From assembly GCA_965213705.1 (NCBI GenBank), contig OZ243913.1, positions 832,001-896,000 of the forward strand: a stretch of DNA of 64,000 bases. The letters are read 5' to 3'. The notes beneath the pieces were generated by a model. That model searched no databases, had not been told where the DNA came from, and saw nothing but the letters and a program-made list of their open reading frames with translations. Made by a program: the position numbers and the translations under genes. This stretch comes from Trueperaceae bacterium. Lineage in GTDB: Bacteria > Deinococcota > Deinococci > Deinococcales > Trueperaceae. The stretch's first letter is position 1, and every line of letters starts with the position of its first letter. This document shows, one piece after another, positions 1 through 9,997 of this stretch.

Positions 1-1188
1 CCCTTTCGTTCGCAAGTCTGTGAGTTCGCCGTCGGAAAGGCCGAGCAACGACCCCAACACTTCATCGGTGTGCTGTCCCAAAAGCGGCGGCGGCGCGTAA
101 CCGTCGTCGTTCGTGGCGGACAGCTTGATGGGGTTGCCGGGCATCTTGACGCTGCCCCCCTCGGGGTGTTCGACCTCGACGACCATGTTGCGCGCGACGA
201 CTTGCGGGTCGCTCAAGGCCTGCTCGAGGGTGTTCACGGGCGCGCAGGGAATCCGCGCCTTGCGCAGTTTGCTCAGCCAGTGAGCTTGTGTAAGAGTGCG
301 GAAAACCTCGCCCAACTTTTCGTTAATGAGGTCCTGGTTGTGCCAGCGTCCGGGCTGCTCCCGGTTTTCTTCGGTGTCTAAGTCGGGAAGCTCGAGCACG
401 TCCATCAGGTTCGCCCAAAAGTTGTCGGTGATGACCGCGACGATGATGTAGCCGTCGCTGCACGCGAACGTGTTGTAGGGCACGTGGACGAAGTGGGCGT
501 TGCCGAGCTTGTCGGGCACGTTGCCGGACAGGTGGTACATCGTCGCCATGTAGTTCAAGAGGCTGATTTGCGCGTCCAGCATAGAAATATCGACGTGTTG
601 CCCCTGCCCCGTCGTTTCCCTGGCTAAAAGCGCCGCGAGGACGCCGACGACCCCCATCAGTCCGCCGCCCAGGTCGCCTATCGGGATGCCCGAGCGGGTC
701 GGCGGGCCGCCCGGCTGCCCGGTGATGCTCATGCCGCCGCCCACCGCCTGCGTGACCATGTCGAAGGCGGGCTGACGCGTGTCGGGGCCGGTCTCGCCAA
801 AACCCGTAATCGTGTAGGTGACGATGCGCGGGTTGACCTCGGACAGGTGGGCGTGGTCGATGTTGAGGCGCTTCGTGACGCCCGCGCTGAAGTTGTCCAG
901 GACGACGTCCGCGTGTTTGACAAGGTCGTAAAACAGCGCCAGGCCGCGCTCGTCTTTGAGGTTGAGGGTCACGCTTTTTTTGTTGCGGTTCAGCGTCAAA
1001 AAGTACGCGCCCATGCCGTGCAGGCTGTTGTCGGGGTCGTCCGCTAACAGGCGGCGGGTGCCCTCGCCCGTGCCGGGCGGCTCAATCTTGAGGGTTTCCG
1101 TGCCTAAGTCGGCGAGCATCATCCCGGCGTAGGGGCCGGAGAGCATGTGGGTCAGGTCGAGCAGGACGGTCCCGGCGAGTGGTTTCAA
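1..1188 (-). CDS. Class III (CaiB/BaiF) CoA-transferase, 3' end runs off window
   Basis: Not in ORF track (no stop in window). Manual translation from TTG 1188: MKPLAGTVLLDLTHMLSGPYAGMMLADLG...NRNKKSVTLNLK...PPLLGQHTDEVL. Confidence 0.9.
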   Translation of the reverse strand, partial: MKPLAGTVLLDLTHMLSGPYAGMMLADLGTETLKIEPPGTGEGTRRLLADDPDNSLHGMGAYFLTLNRNKKSVTLNLKDERGLALFYDLVKHADVVLDNFSAGVTKRLNIDHAHLSEVNPRIVTYTITGFGETGPDTRQPAFDMVTQAVGGGMSITGQPGGPPTRSGIPIGDLGGGLMGVVGVLAALLARETTGQGQHVDISMLDAQISLLNYMATMYHLSGNVPDKLGNAHFVHVPYNTFACSDGYIIVAVITDNFWANLMDVLELPDLDTEENREQPGRWHNQDLINEKLGEVFRTLTQAHWLSKLRKARIPCAPVNTLEQALSDPQVVARNMVVEVEHPEGGSVKMPGNPIKLSATNDDGYAPPPLLGQHTDEVLGSLLGLSDGELTDLRTKG

Positions 1189-1225
1189 ACGGTGACTCCC
1201 TAGTGATGGCTCCTTGAATGATATA

Positions 1226-1237
1226 ATGTTATAACAT
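1226..1237. promoter_or_regulatory. Putative GntR/HutC operator, perfect palindrome ATGTTATAACAT
   Basis: In the divergent intergenic region between the CoA-transferase and gntR, overlapping TATAAT; fits the GT-N-TA-N-AC HutC-type core. Confidence 0.75.
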
Positions 1238-1275
1238 CTAGGCGGATAGTTATACGCGCTCAGCCAAAGGACGCC

Positions 1276-1998
1276 ATGACCCAGATTGACCGCAGTTCTC
1301 CGTTGCCCCTCTACTCGCAGCTCAAGGCAATTTTGCTCGAGCGGCTCAGGCAGGAGTGGCAGCCGGGGCAGCTGATACCGGGCGAGAGTGCGCTCGAGAG
1401 CGCCTACGGCCTCAGCCGGATTACCGTGCGGCAGGCGCTCGCCGAACTGGTCAACGACGGCTACTTGTACCGCCAGCGCGGCCGCGGTACCTTTGTCAGG
1501 CATCAAAAATTCACCCACGACCCGGCGCGGCGCTTGGCGCTGACCGACACTATGCGGCAACAGGGCGTCACGCCGGGCTGGCGCGTGCTGGGCAGCGGTC
1601 CCTGCGAGGCGACGGACGGGTTGGCGCACATGCTCGGCATAGGGACGGGCTCGAGCATCTTTATCCTGAAACGCTTGCGCCTGGTCAACGAGGAAGTTAT
1701 CGGCTACCACGTCGCTTATGTGCCGGGGGCGCAAGCCGAGCACATCGACCCGGAGGCGTTAGACCGGGAAGGGTCGCTGCACTACCTGCGCCACGTGCCC
1801 GGCATGGCGGGCAGTAGAGCGCACCGGACCCTGGAGGCGCAGGGCGCGAGCGAAGTTGTCGCCAGACACTTAGGTATTCAAGCAGACGACCCCGTGTTGC
1901 ACATCGAGCGCGTCACCGTAGCGGCGGACGGCAGCCCTATCGAACTTTTGAGCGCCGCTTACCGGGGTGACCGCTTCAGGTACACCCTCTCTATTTAG
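1276..1998 (+). CDS. GntR family (HutC/UTRA) transcriptional regulator
   Basis: PLYSQLK..IPGESAL..YGLSRITVRQAL..RGRGTFV wHTH; UTRA C-terminus (YRGDRFRY). Confidence 0.95.
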   Translation: MTQIDRSSPLPLYSQLKAILLERLRQEWQPGQLIPGESALESAYGLSRITVRQALAELVNDGYLYRQRGRGTFVRHQKFTHDPARRLALTDTMRQQGVTPGWRVLGSGPCEATDGLAHMLGIGTGSSIFILKRLRLVNEEVIGYHVAYVPGAQAEHIDPEALDREGSLHYLRHVPGMAGSRAHRTLEAQGASEVVARHLGIQADDPVLHIERVTVAADGSPIELLSAAYRGDRFRYTLSI

Positions 1999-2009
1999 TG
2001 AAAGGAGGT

Positions 2010-2095
2010 AGTACCGAGTACCGAGTAAAAAGTACCGCGAAAAGGCGCGAAAGTGCCGCCCTCGTTGTTTGTTACTCGAGCCTCGTTACTCACTC
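2010..2095. repeat. Heptamer (GTACCGA/TACTCGG) intergenic repeat patch
   Basis: agtaccgagtaccgagtaaaaagtaccg; same unit at 12510-12567, 32728-32877, 36918-37060, 49199-49234, 57751-57808. Confidence 0.7.
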
Positions 2096-2098
2096 TCA

Positions 2099-2587
2099 AT
2101 GGTAGATGAAAAAATGACGACGCCCTACGGCATGGACTTGAAAGTCGACTACGGCGAAGCGCGCCACCGCCCCTACCAGTGTTTTATGGGCCGCTGGGAA
2201 GGTTTGTGCAAAACGTTCACGGCGCGCGGCGAGTTTTTGGAGTCCACCGCCGTCCACATGAACGTGTTTTGGAAGGACGCAAATACCTGGCATTTACACG
2301 AACACTTCGAAAACCTGTTTGAAGTGGGCGAGACGGTGTTTCACAGCGACATCCACGTCGAGGGCAAATATTGCCACTCCAAAAACGACATGGTGACGAT
2401 TACCGGCAGCGAACTCACCCCCTACAACTACGTGTTCACCATCGACTCTCAAGTGACCAAAACCCTCGTCTACAACAACCACTACTTTTTAGACCCCGAC
2501 ACGCGGCGCATCATCACCCACAAAACGCGCGGCGGCGAGACGCATATTTACCAGATTCAGGACTTCGCCCGCGTGGTGCGGCCCTAA
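2099..2587 (+). CDS. Hypothetical protein, probable lipocalin/DUF3598-like beta-barrel
   Basis: FMGRWEG GxW motif followed by a beta-strand pattern; operon position; start uncertain (2099 or 2114). Confidence 0.7.
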   Translation: MVDEKMTTPYGMDLKVDYGEARHRPYQCFMGRWEGLCKTFTARGEFLESTAVHMNVFWKDANTWHLHEHFENLFEVGETVFHSDIHVEGKYCHSKNDMVTITGSELTPYNYVFTIDSQVTKTLVYNNHYFLDPDTRRIITHKTRGGETHIYQIQDFARVVRP

Positions 2588-2620
2588 CGGCCTTTTTCGG
2601 GAGACAAGTGTGAGAGACCC

Positions 2621-3439
2621 GTGATTGTTCAAACCGCGCCCGAGGGCGAAGCTCATTTTGTAGTTCTGCAAGCCGACCACGCTCGAGCTTCGGGGCAGTT
2701 GGCGCTGGCCTTCGGGAACGCGGATTTCGGCGAACTCTATCCGAAAGACCTCATGGAGTTCGTCGTCGCGCACCACGACGAGGGTTGGACGCCGGTTGAC
2801 GCGGAGGTCAACCGGGACGAACGTACCGGCCTGCCCTACCACCTGACGCAGACGCCGCTGCCGGACTTGGTCCGCACGGGCAACCTCACGCCCGACTTCA
2901 ACGAGGCGCGACATCCGTTTTGCGGCGTTATCTCGAGTATGCACTTTTACGGCCTTTACCACGGGCGCTACGGCTTGTCGGACAAACTCTTCATCGACAC
3001 CCTGACCGACGAGCACAAACCGCTGGTCGACGACCTGTTGAGCGGCGAACTGGCGCGGCAGCAACGCCTCAAAAAACAGCTTAGGGCCGACGGTCACGGG
3101 GACTGGGCGCAGGACGACTTTTTGTTTCACAATTACAAGTTGTTACAATTTTTCGACACGCTCTCGCTCTACTTTCACATGGTTCACGCAAAGGCTCGAG
3201 CCGAGGCGACGTTCCAAAACCTGCCGAGGGGTTTGGGCGACGACGTAACGGTGACGGTCAGGCCGGTGAGCAAAAACGCCTACGGGATAAGCCCCTGGCC
3301 GTTTGGGGAAGAGGCGCTCGAGTTCACCACCGCCGGCCGTTACCTCAAACCGCAACCCGCGTCGGTCGACCTCGCCGACGTGTTTCACGCAAAGCGGCTC
3401 GAGACCCAGACCGTCACGCTCCTACCGGGGCGCGGATGA
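2621..3439 (+). CDS. DUF3891 family protein
   Basis: QADHARASGQLALAFGN...HHDEGW...SMH...LLQFFDTLSL motifs. Confidence 0.85.
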   Translation: MIVQTAPEGEAHFVVLQADHARASGQLALAFGNADFGELYPKDLMEFVVAHHDEGWTPVDAEVNRDERTGLPYHLTQTPLPDLVRTGNLTPDFNEARHPFCGVISSMHFYGLYHGRYGLSDKLFIDTLTDEHKPLVDDLLSGELARQQRLKKQLRADGHGDWAQDDFLFHNYKLLQFFDTLSLYFHMVHAKARAEATFQNLPRGLGDDVTVTVRPVSKNAYGISPWPFGEEALEFTTAGRYLKPQPASVDLADVFHAKRLETQTVTLLPGRG

Positions 3440-3463
3440 CCGGCCCCCGATGACTGGACCCCG

Positions 3464-4387
3464 ATGAGCACCGACAAAAGCTTCAGCCAGGGTGTCGGGC
3501 AGTGGCTCGGCACCGCGGAGGTGTTTGACGGCGCGGGCGCTTTTTTAGGCAACGCGACGGACAAGCGGCACGTGCAGCGGCAAACGGACGAGCAGCGCGT
3601 CCGCATCGACCTCTCCTTTGTCGGCCCGTTCAAGTTCGCGGGGCACTATACAATAGCCGACCACGGGTCGCACCGGCTCTACGAAGGCCCCGCCAACGTC
3701 GGCTACGCCGAAACGCTGAGCGACGGGCTCATCGACGCGAACGCCTACTGGCCCGTCACGGGGCTGACGCAACGCTTTTTCCTGATGGTTCTACCCGGCG
3801 GCGACAAACAGGTGTCCCTGGCGCTGATGTCGCGCGGCGAGCAGCTTTTATATGTCGTGGTGGGCGAATACAACCGCGTGACCGAAGAAATCGGTCCGGT
3901 GCCGCCGGGCTTTGTCAACGGCACCTCGTTCGACCTTGCGGGCGACCCCACGGCGGGGCGGGGTACGGTGCTGCTGCACCGTCCGGGGACGTGGCGGGGA
4001 ACGCTGACGAGCCTGGACGAAAAGCTCGAGGCCGCCGGAGAGAGTTCTTACAGTGAGACCGTCAGCAGGAGAGAAGGAAAGCTGAGGGTTAGCGTCGAGG
4101 GCTCAACGCTCGACCCGGAACCCCGTGAGTTTGAGTTGAAGACCGAGGGCGCGCTCGCTTGGGTGCCTGCCAAAGACGAAGGCCTAGAGATTGCGGGTTC
4201 CTACAGCGTGAGCGGCGGGCGGGCGCTCTCAGGGCAGTTCCACCACCTGGCGAAAGCGCTGCGCGTGTGGCGGCGTGAAGTGGTGAGTCACGACGGGACG
4301 CTCAAGGCCGTGCTCCACACTTGGTACCGGGGCGGCGTGCGCGTGGGCGTGGGGTTCGGCGTGTTGGCGTTCGAGGCCGCCCCGTGA
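3464..4387 (+). CDS. Hypothetical two-domain beta-barrel-like protein
   Basis: Two GxW motifs (VGQWLG, PGTWRG); stop overlaps start of next gene. Confidence 0.7.
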   Translation: MSTDKSFSQGVGQWLGTAEVFDGAGAFLGNATDKRHVQRQTDEQRVRIDLSFVGPFKFAGHYTIADHGSHRLYEGPANVGYAETLSDGLIDANAYWPVTGLTQRFFLMVLPGGDKQVSLALMSRGEQLLYVVVGEYNRVTEEIGPVPPGFVNGTSFDLAGDPTAGRGTVLLHRPGTWRGTLTSLDEKLEAAGESSYSETVSRREGKLRVSVEGSTLDPEPREFELKTEGALAWVPAKDEGLEIAGSYSVSGGRALSGQFHHLAKALRVWRREVVSHDGTLKAVLHTWYRGGVRVGVGFGVLAFEAAP

Positions 4388-5229
4388 GCAAAGACGGCTT
4401 CATGGGCGCTTGGCGGGTGAGCGAGTACGTCCACGACCCGGACGGCTGTTTCGTCGGCGTGGTGCGGCAGCGGCGGGAGTTGGAGCGGCTCGAGAACGGC
4501 TACCTCCGCGTGACGCAGCGCTGCGCGCCGGACGCGGCGCTGGCCCGGCATCCTATGGGGCGCTTTGCCGGCACGTGGGTCTTCGACCTCAGCGTGGACG
4601 GACCCGCACGGCTCTACCACGGGCCGGACGTGGTGGGCTCGGGCTTCGCTTGGGGCGAAGGCGCGCTGACGGGGCGCGGGCTGTGGCCCCGTTTTGGACA
4701 CAACTTCACCTCTTTCGCCGTCCTCGTCACGCCCGAGCGGCAGCTCACGGGCGGGCAGTTCTTCGACGCCTCGCAGATGGTCGCCAACGTCGTCGGCGTC
4801 GCGGTGCCGGAGGTATGCGGGCAGTGGCCCGAACTGACCGGGGTAACTCGAGCCGGTGACGTCGCCGCTCGTTGGGTCGGCACCAAGCGCAGGGTCGACC
4901 CGGCGGGCACCGTTCTCTTTGAGGACAAAGTCGAGCGGCGCTATGACGGACAAACTTTTCAGGAAGGGGATTTTCGCCTCTATCTGACCCCCGCCCGAAC
5001 CAAGCTCGAGTGCCGGGGTACCCTGGCCGACGCGAACACACAAGGTCTCGCCAAGCAAACAGGGCCGCTGCTCGAGGGCGAACTCGTCCTGGACGCCCGC
5101 CGGCTGCTCACGTTCAAAGAAGTCCTCGACGCCGAAGCAGGCCACCTCGTCAGCCTGCGCCGCCTGTACAAAGACCAGCAACTCGACCATGTCGAAGTCT
5201 TCCGCCTGAGACCGAAGGGAAAAGCATGA
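4384..5229 (+). CDS. Hypothetical two-domain beta-barrel-like protein
   Basis: GTG 4384 overlaps upstream TGA; FMGAWRV and ARWVG motifs; shares RLYxGP..VG.G.A motif with upstream gene. Confidence 0.7.
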   Translation: MSKDGFMGAWRVSEYVHDPDGCFVGVVRQRRELERLENGYLRVTQRCAPDAALARHPMGRFAGTWVFDLSVDGPARLYHGPDVVGSGFAWGEGALTGRGLWPRFGHNFTSFAVLVTPERQLTGGQFFDASQMVANVVGVAVPEVCGQWPELTGVTRAGDVAARWVGTKRRVDPAGTVLFEDKVERRYDGQTFQEGDFRLYLTPARTKLECRGTLADANTQGLAKQTGPLLEGELVLDARRLLTFKEVLDAEAGHLVSLRRLYKDQQLDHVEVFRLRPKGKA

Positions 5230-6149
5230 TGACGTCGGAACCCGTCCCGAGCCTGCCCCAAACCGCCGAGATTGTCGAAGTGGGTTTGCGCGACGGGTTT
5301 CAGACGCTGCAGAAACCGGTCCCGCTCGAGTTGAAGCTCGAGCTTATCCATATCCTGATTGACGCGGGCGTGAAGCACATCCAAGTCACTTCCTTCGTTC
5401 ACCCCAAGCGCGTGCCGCAGATGGCGGACGCCGAAGAATTATGCGCGGCCTTACCCAACGCGCCGGGGGTCGAGTACAGCGGCTTGGTCTTGAACCTAAA
5501 AGGCGTCGAGCGGGCGCTCGCGGCGGGGCTCAAAGCCCTCGACATGGGCGTGGCGGCGACCGAGAGCTTAAGCCGGCGCAACGCCAACACCTCGGTCGCC
5601 GAGGGCATGGCGCAGATGGGCGACATGGCGCGGACGGCCAAAACCGCGGGCGTCCGGGTTCGCGCCGGGATTCAGACCGCCTTTGGCTGCGCCTACGAGG
5701 GCGAAGTGCCTCAGGAGAGAGTTGTGGACTTGGTGACGCAAACCTTGGACATGGACGTCGACGAACTCGCCCTGTCCGATTCGACCGGCATGGCGAACCC
5801 GTTGCAGGTTGAACGGATGCTCACCGCGCTGCGCCCCCTGGCGGGCGACGTCGAAATCGTCTTGCACCTTCACGACACGCGCGGCCTGGGGCTCGCCAAC
5901 GTTTACGCGGCGCTCCGCCACGGCGTGACCAAGTTCGACACGGCCTTCGGCGGTCTGGGCGGCTGTCCCTTCATCGTCGGGGCGAAAGGCAACATCGCCA
6001 CCGAAGACACGCTCAACCTGATGGCGGAGCTGGGGGTGGCGACGGGGGTGGACATCGGCAAAATCGCGGGACTGTCGAGGCGGCTCGAGGCCTTCCTCGA
6101 CACCCCGCTGCCCGCCAAGCTCCATCACCTTTTGAAAGGCAGCGCGTAA
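5226..6149 (+). CDS. HMG-CoA lyase family enzyme (DRE-TIM)
   Basis: IVEVGLRDGFQ, SFVHPKRVPQMAD, LHLHDTRG, GGLGGCPF..GAKGNIATED. Confidence 0.93.
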   Translation: MMTSEPVPSLPQTAEIVEVGLRDGFQTLQKPVPLELKLELIHILIDAGVKHIQVTSFVHPKRVPQMADAEELCAALPNAPGVEYSGLVLNLKGVERALAAGLKALDMGVAATESLSRRNANTSVAEGMAQMGDMARTAKTAGVRVRAGIQTAFGCAYEGEVPQERVVDLVTQTLDMDVDELALSDSTGMANPLQVERMLTALRPLAGDVEIVLHLHDTRGLGLANVYAALRHGVTKFDTAFGGLGGCPFIVGAKGNIATEDTLNLMAELGVATGVDIGKIAGLSRRLEAFLDTPLPAKLHHLLKGSA

Positions 6150-6152
6150 GCC

Positions 6153-7547
6153 GTGCCTGCTGAAGCTACCCTCGAGCCCACCGACGTCGCCACAGATATT
6201 GTCGTCGTCGGCGGTGGCGGTTGCGGTTTGACAGCGGCTTTGGCGGCGGCGCAACTCGGGGCGCGGGTGACGGTGTTGGAAAAGTTGGCCGAAACCCACG
6301 GCAACACCGGGCGCTCGGGCGGCATGGTTCCGGCGGCGGGCACGCGTTTTCAGCGGGCGGCGGGCGTCGAAGAGGACGCTGCGGCCTTTGCCGAAGACGT
6401 GTTGCGCAAAAACGGCCACACCTCCGACCTCGAGACCACCTTGCACCTGTGCCGGGTTTCGAAAGTCCTGGTCGAGTGGCTGGTGGACGAGGTCGGAATA
6501 GACCTCGTTTTTATCGACGACTTCAAGTATCCGGGGCACACCCAGTTTCGGATGCACGCACCGCCGAGCCGCACCGGGGCGGCGCTCGTCCAAGACTTGC
6601 GCCGCGCCGCCGACGCCGCGCCGAACGTCACCCTGTTGACCGGGTCGCCCGCGCTGGGACTCGTCGAAGACAAGTCGGGTGGGGTGCGCGGGGTTCGGCT
6701 TGCCCGGGGTACGCTCGCCGCGCAAAAAGTCATCTTGGCGAACAACGGCTTCGCAGGCAACCCGGAGATGGTGCGGCGTTACTGCCCCGACATAGAAAAC
6801 GCTCTTTACTTCGGCGGCGCGGGCAACACGGGCGAAGGCATCGCGTGGGGGCAGGCCCTGGGGGCGGAACTCGCCTTTATGGACGCTTACCAGGCGCACG
6901 CTTCGGTGGCGACGCCGGGCAACGTCCTCATCACTTACTCGCTCATTATGGAGGGTGGTGTCCAGGTCAACAGGGCGGGCGAGCGCTTCGGCAACGAGGC
7001 CGCGGGCTACTCCGAACACGCGCTGGCGGTGTTGGGACAAGAGGGCGGCGAGGTTTGGGACGTTTACGGCGAGACGCAGCACCGCTTGGGGCTGAAGTTC
7101 GCGGACTACCGGGCGGCGCTGGCGCTCGGCGTCGTCCTTCGGGCTGACACCCTGCGGGACTTGGCGGGGCAGATGGCGGTGAGTACGGAGGCGCTCGAGA
7201 CCACCCTCGCCGACTACCACGCCGCTGCCGACGGCGAGGTAGAAGACAAGTTCGGACGCCGGGAATGTCAGCGGCTCGCCGCACCCTTTTACGCCGTCAA
7301 GGTCACCGGGGCGCTCTTTCACACGCAGGGCGGTTTGAGGGTTGACAAAGTGGCGAGGGTTGTGCGCTTCGACGGCACGCCCATTCCCAACCTCTACGCC
7401 GGGGGCGGCGTTGCCGCCGGCATCAGCGGACACGGCCCCGGCGGGTACTTGTCGGGCAACGGCCTGCTCACCGCGCTCGGCTACGGGCTGCTCGCCGGGC
7501 GGCACGCGGCGAGCACGTTGGCCCCGGAAATGCGGGGGCCGGGATGA
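6153..7547 (+). CDS. FAD-dependent oxidoreductase (FAD_binding_2; TcuA/flavocytochrome fumarate reductase-like)
   Basis: VVVGGGGCG Rossmann motif, LFHTQGGLRVD, NLYAGG, YLSGNGL. Confidence 0.88.
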   Translation: MPAEATLEPTDVATDIVVVGGGGCGLTAALAAAQLGARVTVLEKLAETHGNTGRSGGMVPAAGTRFQRAAGVEEDAAAFAEDVLRKNGHTSDLETTLHLCRVSKVLVEWLVDEVGIDLVFIDDFKYPGHTQFRMHAPPSRTGAALVQDLRRAADAAPNVTLLTGSPALGLVEDKSGGVRGVRLARGTLAAQKVILANNGFAGNPEMVRRYCPDIENALYFGGAGNTGEGIAWGQALGAELAFMDAYQAHASVATPGNVLITYSLIMEGGVQVNRAGERFGNEAAGYSEHALAVLGQEGGEVWDVYGETQHRLGLKFADYRAALALGVVLRADTLRDLAGQMAVSTEALETTLADYHAAADGEVEDKFGRRECQRLAAPFYAVKVTGALFHTQGGLRVDKVARVVRFDGTPIPNLYAGGGVAAGISGHGPGGYLSGNGLLTALGYGLLAGRHAASTLAPEMRGPG

Positions 7548-7605
7548 CTAGCTTGTTTTGCGGAAGATCCGTGTCATAGTAAACAAAACCCACTAGGAGG
7601 ACGTG

Positions 7606-8781
7606 ATGAAAAAACTGGTTTTACTCGTTTTGCTGCTCACCCCCGCTTTCGCCCAGGTGCAAGTCGGCGGCATCCACCCGCTCACGGGCGGGCTCGCCGC
7701 CGACGGCGTGCAGATGGACAACGCTATTCGGATGGCGATTGAAGAGGTCAACGCCGCCGGGGGCGCAGGCGGGTTGACGTTCGAGTACCTCGCCGCCGAC
7801 TCGACCGGCTCACCCGAGGTCGGCCAGACCGAGGCCGAACGCCTCATCAACGAGGGCGCGGACGTGCTCATCGGTACGTTTCAGTCGTCGGTGACCGCCA
7901 ACGTCGCCGCCATCGCCGAGCGTTCAAAAGTTCCGTTGGTCGTCGACGTGGCCGTGGCCGACGCGATTCTCGACCAAGGGTACACCTACACCTTTCGCAT
8001 CCAGCCCAACGCCACCTCGATGGGGGTGAATGGTGCCCGCTTTTTGAAAGCCTTGGCCGAGGCGAGCGGCGAAGAGGTCGGCAGCGTCGTCTACTTGTTC
8101 GAAAGCGCCACGGGTTACGGGAGCAGCGTGAAAGACGCCTTCGTCGCCGAGGCGGCGAGTTTAGGCATCGAAGTCCTGGGCGAAGTCGGCTACGAACCTT
8201 TCAGCCTCACCGACCTCACCACCGAAATGACCCGCATCAACGCCCTGCAGCCCGACGTGCTGGCGGCGACGGGTTACTACAACGACGGTCTCATCGCCGC
8301 GCAAAACGCCGAAGACGTGCTCTTGAACGTCAAGGGTATTTACGGCGTGGCGCAGGGCACCTACGACGTGCCGCAGTTCGTCACCGACTTCGGCGACTCG
8401 GCGCAGTGTTTTATGGACAGCAACTACCACTGGGACGCTTCAAACCCCGAGGCGGTGGCGGTGCGCGAGAAGTTCGAAGCGACCTACGGCGAAGCCATGC
8501 GCACCTCGGCGATTATGGCTTACCAGGCCGTGTACGTCGTCGCCGACGCGGTCGAGCGCGCGGGCGAGGCCGACCCCGTCACGATTCGGGACGCGCTCGC
8601 GGCGACCGACTACGCCGGGCACATCCTGCCCTACGCCGGACCCATTCAGTTCGACGAAACGGGCGAAAACGTCAACGCGGTGCCCGTGGTGATGCAGGTG
8701 CAAGACGGCGCGATTTACCAGGTCTACCCGCCGGAGGTGGCGGAGCGGGAGCCGATTTTCCCCTGTGTGGCGTGGGAGTAG
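7606..8781 (+). CDS. Liv-type ABC transporter substrate-binding protein
   Basis: Signal peptide, HPLTGGLAADG, IEEVNAAGG, RBS GGAGG. Confidence 0.92.
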   Translation: MKKLVLLVLLLTPAFAQVQVGGIHPLTGGLAADGVQMDNAIRMAIEEVNAAGGAGGLTFEYLAADSTGSPEVGQTEAERLINEGADVLIGTFQSSVTANVAAIAERSKVPLVVDVAVADAILDQGYTYTFRIQPNATSMGVNGARFLKALAEASGEEVGSVVYLFESATGYGSSVKDAFVAEAASLGIEVLGEVGYEPFSLTDLTTEMTRINALQPDVLAATGYYNDGLIAAQNAEDVLLNVKGIYGVAQGTYDVPQFVTDFGDSAQCFMDSNYHWDASNPEAVAVREKFEATYGEAMRTSAIMAYQAVYVVADAVERAGEADPVTIRDALAATDYAGHILPYAGPIQFDETGENVNAVPVVMQVQDGAIYQVYPPEVAEREPIFPCVAWE

Positions 8782-8793
8782 TGGCGAGGCGGA

Positions 8794-8835
8794 CCCCTCC
8801 GGTCCGAAGGACCTACCTCCCCTGAAAAAGGGAGG
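8794..8835. repeat. REP-like hairpin element (CCCTCC...ACCTCCCC..GGGAGG)
   Basis: Imperfect palindromes just after the SBP gene; related copy in opposite orientation at 56931-56970. Confidence 0.5.
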
Positions 8836-8971
8836 TAAGGTCAAAAGCCCTTCCTGGTTGAGTTGTTCGGAAAAGCGTTTTGTAAGAGTTGAATTTCTAT
8901 AAGGCGCTTAAAGAAACCCTTACGGTCGAAGTTCAACCAGGCCCGAAATCAAGTAAAGCTCGAGAGGACCC

Positions 8972-9997
8972 ATGCAAACGCACGCCGCCCGCCCCAACCA
9001 AACGCGCCGCACCTGGCTCATCGCGGGCGGCCTCGTCGTCGTTGTCGCCGTCCTGCTCATCCTGGGTTGGGACGGTGTGCAGGGGTGGTTTGCGCGCAAC
9101 GGGGTGGTGTTGCGGCAGGCGGCGGTGACGGGCGTGCTCATCGGCGGGGTTTACGGCCTGGTGGCGCTCGGGCTCACGCTGATTTTCGGCGTGCTGAACA
9201 TTATCAACTTTGCCCACGGGGCACTCATGACGGTGGGAATGTACCTGACGTTTTTGCTGTTCAGCACTTACGGCGTGGACCCTTACGTGTCGATTCTGAT
9301 AACCGCGCCCGCGCTCTTTCTGGTTGGTTTGGTAGTCGAACGCTTTATCATCTTCCCGGCTCGAGACGCGCCCGAACACAACCAACTCTTGCTCACCTTA
9401 GGGTTGTCGCTCTTCATCCAAAACCTGCTGCTCCTCACTTTTACCGCCACCCCGCGCTCGATTCGTCTGGGCTACGCGCGGGGCGAGGTGGGTTTGGGTC
9501 CCGTGACGCTCGACTTCCCCCTACGGGTGTGGGGCACCACCGTGACGCTGCCGAAACTCGCCGCGTTCGTGTTCGCGGTGGCGCTGTCGCTGCTTCTGTA
9601 CTGGCTGCTGCAACGTTCCGACTTAGGCAAGGCGATTCGCGCGGTGGCGCAGGAGCGCGACGGCGCGGCGCTCGTGGGCGTCAACGTCGAGCGGGTCAAC
9701 CGGCTCACCTTTGGATTAGGCACGGCCTGCGTGGGCGCGGCCGCCGCGCTCGTGTTGCCGTTCTTTTTCGTCGACCCGGTGGCGGGCGAGAGTTTCAACA
9801 TCATCGCCTTCGTCACGGTCGTGTTGGGCGGCATGGGCAGCGTGCCGGGGGCGCTGCTGGGCGGCATTCTCATCGGGCTCACCCAGGAACTCGGCGTGGT
9901 GTTCTTGCCAGGCGCGGCGAAGATGTTGGGCGTGTTCGTCGTGTTCGTCCTGGTACTGCTGTTCCGGCCGCAGGGGCTGTTCGGGCGGCTCGAGTGA
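8972..9997 (+). CDS. Liv-type ABC permease (LivH-like)
   Basis: GLVALGLTLIFGVLNIINFAHG, GKAIRAVAQ, FRPQGLFG. Confidence 0.93.
   Translation: MQTHAARPNQTRRTWLIAGGLVVVVAVLLILGWDGVQGWFARNGVVLRQAAVTGVLIGGVYGLVALGLTLIFGVLNIINFAHGALMTVGMYLTFLLFSTYGVDPYVSILITAPALFLVGLVVERFIIFPARDAPEHNQLLLTLGLSLFIQNLLLLTFTATPRSIRLGYARGEVGLGPVTLDFPLRVWGTTVTLPKLAAFVFAVALSLLLYWLLQRSDLGKAIRAVAQERDGAALVGVNVERVNRLTFGLGTACVGAAAALVLPFFFVDPVAGESFNIIAFVTVVLGGMGSVPGALLGGILIGLTQELGVVFLPGAAKMLGVFVVFVLVLLFRPQGLFGRLE

Noticed and set aside
5568..7505. 645-aa minus-strand ORF and many other long antisense or alternate-frame ORFs
   Set aside because: Shadow ORFs of well-supported genes in GC-rich DNA; no family motifs
9067..9993. 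Long N-terminal extensions in the ORF track (LivM, LivG, HMG-CoA lyase, metG, nadD, trmL)
   Set aside because: They overlap upstream genes or repeats; downstream starts have stop/start overlap or RBS support
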